From contig CBDCXR010000004.1 of the NCBI GenBank assembly GCA_965223845.1, positions 4,384,001 to 4,448,000 of the forward strand: DNA of 64,000 nucleotides, read 5' to 3'. Shown one piece after another: positions 41,301 through 49,259 of this stretch. The first letter of the stretch is position 1. Every line of letters begins with the position of its first letter. Source of the stretch: Planctomycetota bacterium. Lineage in GTDB: Bacteria > Planctomycetota > UBA8108 > SXIK01. The notes below the pieces were generated by a model that did not search any database, was not told where the DNA came from, and saw only the letters and a list, made by a program, of their open reading frames with translations. A program made the translations under genes and the position numbers.

Positions 41301-41690
41301 CGCGAGCTTCAGCTTCTCCGGCAGTCGTTCGATGGCGCGGTCCACCTCCTCGAGAAGCCCGTCTACGGGGACGTCGTCCCGCGTCTCACGCCCCGCCGTG
41401 GAGAGCTCTTCTCGCTTCCGGCGACGACGATTCGACCGCACGCGATCGATCGAGCGCCGGACGGCGAGCGTGTGGAGCCAAGGGGCGAGCGAGGCTCGCA
41501 CCGTGGCCCTCGAGCCCATGAGCTCGATGAAGCACTCCTGGGCGACGTCCTCCGCGTCAGCGGCGTTCCCGAGGACGCGCTTGCTCGCCGCGTAGACCAT
41601 CCCCGAGTGCCGCGCCACCAATTCGGCGAACGCGTCGGCGTCGCGCCGTGATCGCCAGCGGTCCCAGAGTGCTGTATCCTGTACGTTCAT
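38316..41690 (-). CDS. ECF sigma factor fused to TM helix, carboxypeptidase-regulatory-like repeats and a Cys-less thioredoxin-like domain
   Basis: N-terminal DADAFAELVARHSGMV, DAEDVAQECF and LRFLEGRSHDEIA. TM segment, then several G-x-V-x-D...G-x-P...TDxxGxF/Y repeats. C-terminal GQPAPEW...TVLAFAWANA...PLVFVIEADGTI. Confidence 0.88.
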   Translation of the reverse strand: MNVQDTALWDRWRSRRDADAFAELVARHSGMVYAASKRVLGNAADAEDVAQECFIELMGSRATVRASLAPWLHTLAVRRSIDRVRSNRRRRKREELSTAGRETRDDVPVDGLLEEVDRAIERLPEKLKLAVVLRFLEGRSHDEIAATLDVSPATVRYRVHRGVDRIRDRLRRRGVRVGTAALATWLGTQAVEAAPSSLNATLGKLSLAGSASTAEGVVAGAITRIGGAGVLAMKLKTKVSIVAAALLVLAALLWFGDLWTSDAPSPPVDTRLASEVAPASAPVAERSRESVSSAVATASIVGVARDADTGTALVGVNVAAGDRQVATDENGSFALEIAPGRYLLSASKSGFRTTETELELAAGADASEEIHLERSFAVRCVDEAGSPVPDATVHVVEVSRETDRSELRSAVFGPFTTDEHGRAYAEDVLPRAPAGRSVFLAAYARFEDRLAGVGDASSEGENRMDSIEILLVEVARVEGTVEVPAGFDPRDVTVRLLSLSRKTDPRQPSFEGASFSRYGETRSVLSEQFDVQPDGNGRFVFRGLPSMSTIYLAAEGDGLGQAQFMGEEPRRLRDIVLRLDAEAVITGRFTHKETGDPVRGIGLAATPQDSVSVREEFFAEIADDGTYRITGLPPTSYSVTLPNAFAREEWTMPVYGLVQVSAGETTELNVELESGALVSGSVADASTGEPIPDVLVAVLSVANRCEHLVGRASTGDDGRYELRVPGGSLRLYLMSWPEEYDRPRDSVPLEIAADERRREGVDFRLERRTSPAISPADVPYGTARGRILGPDGAPLEDVPVMAWREWEDGETDGIRPWAWNPTTRAITDADGQYELAAVAKKNYHVAAGGGEFSTAQSARFRVAKDDAYVVEDLYLKRGTSSIAGRVLDPDGKPLGAAAIVASSENKSSRGMNETLTDGEGRFRIEHLLSDEPVDLLVRKTGYVYRGWNGIAPGSSKLTFVLHPERDSSDASERRWEKAETMLGQPAPEWRVDPWLQAPDVPGPKRDDGRRTVLAFAWANARWDELGPQLRELERISRNGGAAPAVILSSSGHESTVRPALERHGLGTLPIGFDEYEPPTDRTGINATMNLYGRGRTPLVFVIEADGTIAHVQSGIDGLGDVLAR

Positions 41691-41695
41691 CGCAC

Positions 41696-41723
41696 TTCAG
41701 CCGATCCAAACGAACGTGGTCCC
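41696..41723 (-). promoter_or_regulatory. Putative ECF-type promoter GGGACC-N16-GCTGAA (possibly leaderless transcript)
   Basis: The motif ends 5 nt before the ATG at 41690 and no Shine-Dalgarno sequence is visible. It resembles GGAACC-N16-GTCnAA type ECF promoters. Confidence 0.4.
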
Positions 41724-41910
41724 GCGGCTCCTCCCTGGAGCACCCGCGTCCGGTGTTCGCTCAGAGATCGTCACCGAAACGCGAAACCGCAAAGAAATCT
41801 CAGCCGTTTCGTCGACGCCCGATCGAGACGGAGGAGTGAGCACCGGGCGCGCGAGCGAACGAAGGTGCTCTAAGCTATCGAGTCGAAATTCGAGGAAGGA
41901 AATCGAGCTC

Positions 41911-43251
41911 ATGCCGCTCAGCAAAATCAGGATTCGTCGTTTTACCGCCACGCTGGTTCTCTTGCTCGTCAGCGGAAGCGCACTCCATGCGGACGACTGG
42001 CCGCAGTGGATGGGACCGCGACGGGACAATACTTGGCGGGAGGACGGGATCATCGAGCGCTTTCCCGAGGGCGGGCCGAAGGTCGTGTGGCGTGCTCCCA
42101 TCAAGGGCGGCTACGCCGGCCCCGCGGTCGAGGGCGGGCGGGTTTGGATCCTCGACTACGCGACTCAGTCCGAGAAGGATCCGAACTTCAAGCGGCAGGA
42201 AAAGCCCGGCACGGAGCGCATCGTATGCCTCGACGCGGCCACCGGCGACGAGATTTGGAATCACGAATACCCGGTGACGTATTCCATTTCCTATCCGGCC
42301 GGACCGCGCTGCACTCCGACGGTTCACGAAGGCAAGGTCTACGCGCTCGGAGCGCACGGCCGCCTCACGTGCATCGACGCGAAGACGCGAAAGATCCTCT
42401 GGTGGAAAGAGCTCACGCGCGAGTACAAGACGAAGCCGGCGCTCTGGGGGTATACGAATCACCCACTCGTCGACGGAAAGAAGCTCATCTGCATCGTGGG
42501 TGGCGAGGGTAGTCACGCGGTCGCGTTCGACAAGGACACGGGCAAGGAAATCTGGCGGACGATCACGGCGAAGGAGCAGGGGTACTGTCCGCCCGTCATC
42601 TACAAGGCCGGCGGCGTACGCCAGCTCGTCCTCCTTCGTTCGGACGGCGTCTCCGGAGTGAACCCGGAGACGGGAGACGTCTACTGGACGATTCCCTACG
42701 AAGCGACGAGCGGCTCGATCATCATGACGCCGATCCTTTCGGGCGAGTACCTCTACATGGGCGGTTACTCGAACAAGAACCTGCTCGTCGGGCTCGCAAA
42801 GGACAAGCCGGCGGCGACGGAAGTCTGGCGCGACCTCAAGAAGAAGGCGCTCTCGGCGGTCAATGTCCAGCCGTTCCTCGAGGGCAACGTTTTCTACGGT
42901 TTCGATCAGCGTGGATCGATGCACGCGGTCGAGATCCCGAGCGGGGAGCGACTCTGGGACAGCACGGGACCGATCGACGGCGGGCGCCCCCAACAGGTCG
43001 CGACGGCCTTCATCGTGAAGGAGAAGACGGCGACGCGCGACCGCTTCTGGCTCTTCAACGAGCGGGGTGAGCTCATCATCGCGAACCTCTCACGCGACGG
43101 CTACGAAGAGCTCGACCGAACCAAGGTGATCGAGCCGACGGGCGCGGCTTCCGGTCGAAGCGTCGTGTGGAGCGCCCCGGCGTTCGCGAATCGCCGGGCT
43201 TATATTCGAAACGACGAGGAGTGCGTGTGTGTGGAGTTGGCGGCGCGATGA
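41911..43251 (+). CDS. PQQ-like beta-propeller repeat protein (BamB-like, planctomycete type)
   Basis: ADDWPQWMGPRRD, GPRCTPTV, CLDAATGDEIW, AFDKDTGKEIW and WSAPAFANRRAYIRN. Confidence 0.88.
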   Translation: MPLSKIRIRRFTATLVLLLVSGSALHADDWPQWMGPRRDNTWREDGIIERFPEGGPKVVWRAPIKGGYAGPAVEGGRVWILDYATQSEKDPNFKRQEKPGTERIVCLDAATGDEIWNHEYPVTYSISYPAGPRCTPTVHEGKVYALGAHGRLTCIDAKTRKILWWKELTREYKTKPALWGYTNHPLVDGKKLICIVGGEGSHAVAFDKDTGKEIWRTITAKEQGYCPPVIYKAGGVRQLVLLRSDGVSGVNPETGDVYWTIPYEATSGSIIMTPILSGEYLYMGGYSNKNLLVGLAKDKPAATEVWRDLKKKALSAVNVQPFLEGNVFYGFDQRGSMHAVEIPSGERLWDSTGPIDGGRPQQVATAFIVKEKTATRDRFWLFNERGELIIANLSRDGYEELDRTKVIEPTGAASGRSVVWSAPAFANRRAYIRNDEECVCVELAAR

Positions 43252-44684
43252 GCAGAGCGGCACGACAGATGAATCGTCGACTTTGCGGACTCGCTGTCTC
43301 ACTCCTCTGGGTCGCGCCGACGATCGCGGACGACCGCCCGAACATCCTCTTCGTGATGGTCGACGACCTCGGGAAGGACTGGATCTCGTCCTACGGGGCC
43401 GACGAAATCGAGACTCCCCACGTCGACCGCCTCGCCGCGACGGGGATGAAATTCCAGAACGCCTGGTCGATGCCCCAGTGCACGCCGACTCGCGTCGCCC
43501 TCCTCACCGGACAGTATCCGTTCCGTACCGGCTGGGTGAACCACTGGGACGTGCCTCGCTGGGGAGTCGGCTACTTCGATTGGGAGCGCTACACAACGTT
43601 CGCGAGCGTCCTCAAGTCGGCCGGCTACTCCACCGCGATCTCCGGCAAGTGGCAGATCAACGACTTTCGCCTCGAGCCGAAGGCGCTCGAGAAGCACGGA
43701 TTCGATGATTGGTGCGTGTGGACCGGCTATGAAGCCGGCAACCCGCCGAGCGGCGAGCGCTACTGGAATCCGTACATTCACACGCGCGACGGGAGTCGCA
43801 CGCACGCGGACAAGTTCGGTCCCGACGTCTACTGCGATTTTCTCATCGACGCGATGGAGCGGCACCGCGAGAAACCGATGCTCCTCTACTACGCGATGAC
43901 CCTCACGCACGGGCCGCTCGTCGATCCACCCGGCGCACAGGCGAGTCCCGACGCGCCGAGGAAGGGGCGCAGCCGCGCCAGGTTCGCGAGCATGGTTCGC
44001 TACACCGATCGCCTCGTCGGCCGCTTGATCGACGCCCTCGAGCGACTCGAGCTCCGCGAGCGAACGATCGTCTTCTTTACAACCGACAACGGCTCACCGA
44101 AGGGAGTCGTCGGTTCGATCGGCGGCAAGAAGCCGCGCGGGGGGAAGGGAACGAAGTGGGAAGCGGGCGTTTGCGCGCCGTTCATCGTGAGCTGCCCCGG
44201 TCGCGTACCGAGTGGCGCAAGAGTCGACGCGATCACCGATTTTACGGATCTCCTCCCCACGTTCGCCGAGCTCGCCGGCGCGAAGATCCCCAACGGGCTC
44301 GTCCTCGACGGAAAGTCGATCGCGCCGCTCCTCACCGGGAAAGCGAAGACGTCCCCCCGCGAATGGATCCTCGCGATGGGTCACGGGCCGGCGCGGCTCG
44401 ACCAAGACGGAGTTCGCGGTCAGGCCGACTTCACCGCGCGCGTGCTGCGCGACGAGCGCTACAAGGTCTGGGTCGACGAGAAGCGGGCGATCCAGGCGCT
44501 TTACGATCTCGAGAAAGATCCGGGCGAGGAACGAAATCTCGTTGATTCCGGCCAGGGCTCTCTTCGAGCAGTCGTGAAGAAATTCGAGAGCATCGTGAGC
44601 GAGTTCCCTCCGGTCGACGCACGCCCGAAGTACCGGAAGCGCGCACCAAACGACTGGGATCGAAAGCCGCGGGCGGCGCGCTGA
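43248..44684 (+). CDS. Cys-type (formylglycine-dependent) sulfatase
   Basis: RPNILFVMVDDLG, CTPTR (CxPxR), GYSTAISGKW and FTTDNG. ATGA overlap with the upstream gene. Confidence 0.93.
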   Translation: MSRAARQMNRRLCGLAVSLLWVAPTIADDRPNILFVMVDDLGKDWISSYGADEIETPHVDRLAATGMKFQNAWSMPQCTPTRVALLTGQYPFRTGWVNHWDVPRWGVGYFDWERYTTFASVLKSAGYSTAISGKWQINDFRLEPKALEKHGFDDWCVWTGYEAGNPPSGERYWNPYIHTRDGSRTHADKFGPDVYCDFLIDAMERHREKPMLLYYAMTLTHGPLVDPPGAQASPDAPRKGRSRARFASMVRYTDRLVGRLIDALERLELRERTIVFFTTDNGSPKGVVGSIGGKKPRGGKGTKWEAGVCAPFIVSCPGRVPSGARVDAITDFTDLLPTFAELAGAKIPNGLVLDGKSIAPLLTGKAKTSPREWILAMGHGPARLDQDGVRGQADFTARVLRDERYKVWVDEKRAIQALYDLEKDPGEERNLVDSGQGSLRAVVKKFESIVSEFPPVDARPKYRKRAPNDWDRKPRAAR

Positions 44685-44727
44685 GACGAGCGATCAGCGC
44701 GCGTCCGACCCGGCTTTCGCTCGTCCC

Positions 44728-46716
44728 TTAGCCGTTACAACTCGGCGGACACGCCCCACCCGCGCGGAAACACTCCTCACCGAGAATGTGCGCGGCGCCG
44801 TCGCCGAAGAGATGATTGAGCGCTCCGATCGCGTCCGCGATGTTCATATTTCCGTCACCGTTGAAATCGAGCACGGAGAGGCCCTCCGGACGATACTCGA
44901 CGGGTTCCGCACCCGCGACGACGTAGCAATCCGGAAGCCCGCCGTCGCCGAAGAGAAAGTTGAGCTGCGCGATGGCGTCGGCGATGTTGAATGCACCGTC
45001 CGCGTTCGCGTCGCCGGGCGTGAGCTCGGTCGCAACGGGGAAGCAGCCCTCGCCGAGCCCCCCGTCGCCGCCGAGGACACGCAGATTGTCGAACGTCGCA
45101 TCGGCGCGATCGAATTCCCCGAGCGCGTAGACGCCGATTCCGAAGCGGACCGTGTCAACTTCGAACGACGCCTCTCCGCCCTTCACGCCGTCCATGATGA
45201 CGGACACCGTCTCTCCGTTCGCGACGAGCTCGACGCGACGCGCGACGTCGAGCGCATCGAACGTGCAGCAGTTGTAGGCGGCGAGGTCAGTGCCTTCGCC
45301 GAGCGGCGGCCAGTCTTCGTCGGTCGAGCTGTTGACGACCCAGTCGCCGTTTCCGCCGCGGAGGAAGGAGAAGAAGATCCAATCCGAGCGTTCGCAGTCG
45401 AGGACCCACACTCCGGCGCGAAAGCCTCCGACGCTCGCGGAGGTCAGGGTCTGATCGACCTGAAACGTCACGGGTTGCTCGAGCGAAGGATGGAACGTCT
45501 CATCGGAAATCAGCGCCCCACCACCCCAGAACGACGCGAAGCCGTCGGCGACTAGACGGACGGCCCCGTCGACCGCCTCGGCGGCAAAGTCCGCCTCACC
45601 GTCCTCGAACGGCTCGTCGTCCTCGCTCCACGGAATCGCCCCGTCGTCGAAATCGGCTTCGACGAGGACGCTCGCAACAAACACGTCGATCGGCTCGTCC
45701 GCACAAGCCTCGAGGTCTCCCCCGAGCGTAAGCTCGACAAAACCCGGTCCGCCGATCGCGAGCTCGAGCGTGCGGAACGCGGGATCGCCGGCAGCGAATT
45801 CGATCGTCGCCACGCCGTCGGCCGAGCCGGCGATCGCCGCGACCCCCGGATCACTCGAGGTGATGGTCACCGTCGTCGGGCGCGGCGCTTCGGGCGGGAT
45901 CTGAAGCGTGAGCTCCGGAGTTTCCCCTTCGAGCGTTTGGGTGAACGGTGGAGTGAGCGCGACGCACTGCTCGGTCGCGCCGGTCACAATCACGTTGTCG
46001 AAGACTCCACGGACCATGTCCGTCGGCTGCGCCCCTTGCCCTCGCCTCGCGTACACGCCGATCTCGATCACGATCCCCTCGGAGAACGGAAATCGCACGA
46101 GCGGCCCCTCGATTCCATCAAGCAAGAGGAGAACGTTCTCTCCGTCGGCGACCATGCCCATTGTGTGCTCGCCGAAGTCGCCGTCGAGGCCGTCGAACTC
46201 AGCGATGCTGATACCGGTGTTCGTCGCGTTGTCGTCGGGGTCACCCACTCGCTTGTTGTACGTCCAACCGCCTTCGTTCGAATTGTGCGAGAAGAAGACG
46301 TAGTTCTCCCGACTGGCGTCGGTGATCCAGAGCGACGTGCGCGTCGACGAGTTCTCTCCCGCGCCGGTCGCGGTATTGTCGCGGCGCTCGTGGAGCACCC
46401 GGTCCACTTCGAGAACGAGAGGGTCATCGACCGATGCGGTAAACGTCGGAACCGTCGCGAGCGCGAAACCGCCCCACCAATTCCGTGTGCCTTCACCTTC
46501 GATGACGAGCTGGCCATCGACGACCATCGCCTCGTACTCGCCGTCTCCGGTCTCGAACGGCCGCCGGTCGACGCGCCACTTTGCTTCGTCGATCTCGCCC
46601 GACTCGAAATCATCCTCGAAGAGGACTTGACCGCGAACGAGTGCCGGCTGAGCGAAGAGGAGTAGAGCGACCGTCCAGAGGGTCGCGCCTCGGTGGTGCG
46701 AGTCGGAAGTACGCAT
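44728..46716 (-). CDS. Secreted acidic protein: duplicated lectin-like beta-sandwich domains, Ig-like linker, C-terminal dockerin-like domain
   Basis: Two homologous units (LFEDDFE...PFETG...WWGGFAL and LVEADFD...PFEDG...FWGGGAL) around TSSDPGVA. Tail GDANADG...DFNGDG. Start at ATG 46716 with RBS GGAGG. Confidence 0.78.
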   Translation of the reverse strand: MRTSDSHHRGATLWTVALLLFAQPALVRGQVLFEDDFESGEIDEAKWRVDRRPFETGDGEYEAMVVDGQLVIEGEGTRNWWGGFALATVPTFTASVDDPLVLEVDRVLHERRDNTATGAGENSSTRTSLWITDASRENYVFFSHNSNEGGWTYNKRVGDPDDNATNTGISIAEFDGLDGDFGEHTMGMVADGENVLLLLDGIEGPLVRFPFSEGIVIEIGVYARRGQGAQPTDMVRGVFDNVIVTGATEQCVALTPPFTQTLEGETPELTLQIPPEAPRPTTVTITSSDPGVAAIAGSADGVATIEFAAGDPAFRTLELAIGGPGFVELTLGGDLEACADEPIDVFVASVLVEADFDDGAIPWSEDDEPFEDGEADFAAEAVDGAVRLVADGFASFWGGGALISDETFHPSLEQPVTFQVDQTLTSASVGGFRAGVWVLDCERSDWIFFSFLRGGNGDWVVNSSTDEDWPPLGEGTDLAAYNCCTFDALDVARRVELVANGETVSVIMDGVKGGEASFEVDTVRFGIGVYALGEFDRADATFDNLRVLGGDGGLGEGCFPVATELTPGDANADGAFNIADAIAQLNFLFGDGGLPDCYVVAGAEPVEYRPEGLSVLDFNGDGNMNIADAIGALNHLFGDGAAHILGEECFRAGGACPPSCNG

Positions 46717-46836
46717 GACGATCCTCCGCGAGTACGATGAGCTGCAGCGTCCCTCCATTGTAGCTCGCGGCGGCCTGACGCCGAGTCGCGGTTTTCGTCC
46801 TCGAGAGCCATTTCCGAGGCGCGCAGAGTATTTCAG

Positions 46837-49224
46837 TTGAGTCCTCATTCATCGAACGCACCCGTCTCCATCGCATCGCGCAGCGCGCTGCTGTGGTTCG
46901 TCTTCGTTTTCAATACACCGTCGATCGCGGAACCGCCGACGCGCGCCGATGCTCTCGTCGCGCTCGAGAAAGCCGTCGCGTTCTTTCGAGAGCGCGTCGC
47001 CGTCGAGGGCGGCTACGTCTGGCGCTACAGCGCTGACCTGTCGAGGCGAGAAGGCGAAGGCAAGGTCGGATCGACAACGGTGTGGGTGCAACCACCGGGC
47101 ACACCGTTCGTCGGCGACGGCTTCCTCACGGCGTTCGAGCTGACGGGGAACGAGAGTTGTCTCGCCGCGGCACGAGACGCGGCACAGGCGCTCGTCCGCG
47201 GTCAGCTTCACTCGGGCGGATGGACGGCCCGCATCGAATTCGGCGACGAAGCCCGGCGGCGCTTCGCTTATCGCGTCGACGGCGAGCCTTCGCGGAAAGC
47301 GCGCGACGTGAGCTCGCTCGATGACGACATGACGCAGTCGGCGCTGAGATTCCTCGCTCGCTTCGATCGCGCGACGGGCTTCGGCGATCCCGCGATCCAC
47401 GAAGCGGCTCGGTTCGGACTCGCGAGCCTCATCGCGGCGCAGTTCCCGAACGGCGCCTGGCCGCAGGGATACCGCGGAGCGCCGGAACGAGATCGACATC
47501 CCGTCAAGCCCGCTTCGTACCGTGAGAGTGGCGAGTACCAGAGGATCAAGGCGTACTGGGAACTCTATACTCTGAACGACCATCTCGTGAGCGACTGCAT
47601 CGAGACACTGCTACTCGCCGCCGATGTATACGGCGAGTCGCGCTACCGAGACGCCGCGCTCAGAGCCGGCGATTTTCTCATCCTCGCGCAGATGCCGAAA
47701 CCTCAGCCGGGCTGGGCGCAGCAGTACGACTTCGAGATGCGCCCGGCCTGGGCGCGCAAGTTCGAGCCGCCGGCGATCACGGGTGGTGAATCGCAAAGCG
47801 TCATGGCGGCACTTCTCGATCTCTACGAGGAGACGGGCGAGCGCCGCTACTTGGAGCCCCTCCCGAGCGCCCTCCGGTATTTCGAGCGGTCCCTGCTCCC
47901 CGATGGGCAGCTCGCGCGCTTCTACGAGCTCCGGACGAATCGCCCGCTCTACTTCACACGAAAGTATGAGCTCACGTACAGCGACGCCGACATGCCGACC
48001 CACTACGGGTTCAAGGTCGCTTCGCGGCTGCCCGCGATTCGAAAGCGCTACGAGGAGCTCGCGGGAGCGCCTTGGAAGGCGAAGATCCCACAACGAGCCG
48101 CGGCAGAAGCTCCCCCCGCGGAATCGATTCGCGAGATCATCTCCGCGCAGGATAACCGCGGAGCTTGGATCGAAGACGGTCGGCTCCGCTTCTGGGGGAA
48201 AGGCGATCCTACGCGACAGATCATCGATCCGCGGACGTTCGTTCGAAACATCACCCTCCTCGCTCGATTCGCCGGTCGAGGCGATGCGCGCCCCGATTCG
48301 GAAACGCACGGATGGCCGAGCGCGGTCGAGGAGGTGCGGTACTTGAGCTCCGCCGACGACTCTCTTCAGCCCGCGATGGTCTACGTCCCCGAATCGACCG
48401 AGCCGATGCCGCTCCTCGTCGGGCTTCATACTTGGAGCGCGGACTACCGACAGACCGGGCCGACCGTAGGCGGTGTCTACGCGGAGTGGTGCATCGAGAA
48501 GGCGTGGGCGTTCATCCATCCGAACTTTCGCGGCCCGAATCGCCGGCCGGAGGCGGGAGGATCCGAGCTCGTCGTGGACGATATCGCAAGCGCGGTGAGC
48601 TACATGCACGAACGGACAGCGATCGACGTCGCCCGCGTTTATCTCGTCGGCGCTTCGGGCGGAGGGCACGCGGCGCTCCTCATGGCGGGCCGGCGGCCGG
48701 ATCTCTGGTCGGGAGTTTCGGCATGGGTCCCGATCGCCGACCTCGCCGCCTGGCACCGAGAGTGCACCACGTCCGGACTCAAGTACGCGCGCGAGCTCGA
48801 GCTCATCTGCGGTGGGCCCCCGGGCGCGAGCGACGCGGTCGATCTCGAGTACCGCCGGCGATCCCCCCTAACATGGCTCGCGGCCGCGAAAAGTGTCGCA
48901 CTCGACATCAATGCGGGAATCCGCGATGGCCACGAGGGGAGCGTTCCGGTCGGACACTCGCTCCGCGCGTTCAACGCGATCGCTGCGCCCGAGGATCGCA
49001 TCGATGCCGGAGCGATTCGTGAGATCGAGAAGACGGCGAGCATCCCCGCGCGCCTCGGTCCTGCGCCGGTGGACGCGAGCTACCGCGACAAACCGCCCCT
49101 CTTTCGCGCAGAGTCGGGGAACGCACGCGTCACGATTTTTCGCGGAGGACACGAGATCCTTCCCGCGGCGGCGCTTTCGTGGCTCGAGTCTCAGATTCGT
49201 ACGAGGTCGCCGGCAGCTCAGTGA
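46837..49224 (+). CDS. PL10-like pectate lyase fused to alpha/beta-hydrolase (esterase/peptidase S9-like)
   Basis: N-terminal part: SLDDDMTQ, QFPNGAWPQ, TLNDH and GWAQQYDFEMRPAWARKFEPPAI. C-terminal part: PLLVGLHTWS, PNFRGPN, YLVGASGGGH (GxSxG), DGH and GGHE. Confidence 0.8.
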   Translation: MSPHSSNAPVSIASRSALLWFVFVFNTPSIAEPPTRADALVALEKAVAFFRERVAVEGGYVWRYSADLSRREGEGKVGSTTVWVQPPGTPFVGDGFLTAFELTGNESCLAAARDAAQALVRGQLHSGGWTARIEFGDEARRRFAYRVDGEPSRKARDVSSLDDDMTQSALRFLARFDRATGFGDPAIHEAARFGLASLIAAQFPNGAWPQGYRGAPERDRHPVKPASYRESGEYQRIKAYWELYTLNDHLVSDCIETLLLAADVYGESRYRDAALRAGDFLILAQMPKPQPGWAQQYDFEMRPAWARKFEPPAITGGESQSVMAALLDLYEETGERRYLEPLPSALRYFERSLLPDGQLARFYELRTNRPLYFTRKYELTYSDADMPTHYGFKVASRLPAIRKRYEELAGAPWKAKIPQRAAAEAPPAESIREIISAQDNRGAWIEDGRLRFWGKGDPTRQIIDPRTFVRNITLLARFAGRGDARPDSETHGWPSAVEEVRYLSSADDSLQPAMVYVPESTEPMPLLVGLHTWSADYRQTGPTVGGVYAEWCIEKAWAFIHPNFRGPNRRPEAGGSELVVDDIASAVSYMHERTAIDVARVYLVGASGGGHAALLMAGRRPDLWSGVSAWVPIADLAAWHRECTTSGLKYARELELICGGPPGASDAVDLEYRRRSPLTWLAAAKSVALDINAGIRDGHEGSVPVGHSLRAFNAIAAPEDRIDAGAIREIEKTASIPARLGPAPVDASYRDKPPLFRAESGNARVTIFRGGHEILPAAALSWLESQIRTRSPAAQ

Positions 49225-49259
49225 TCTCGGGTGGAGGGAGACGCCGAGGACTAGCCCCA

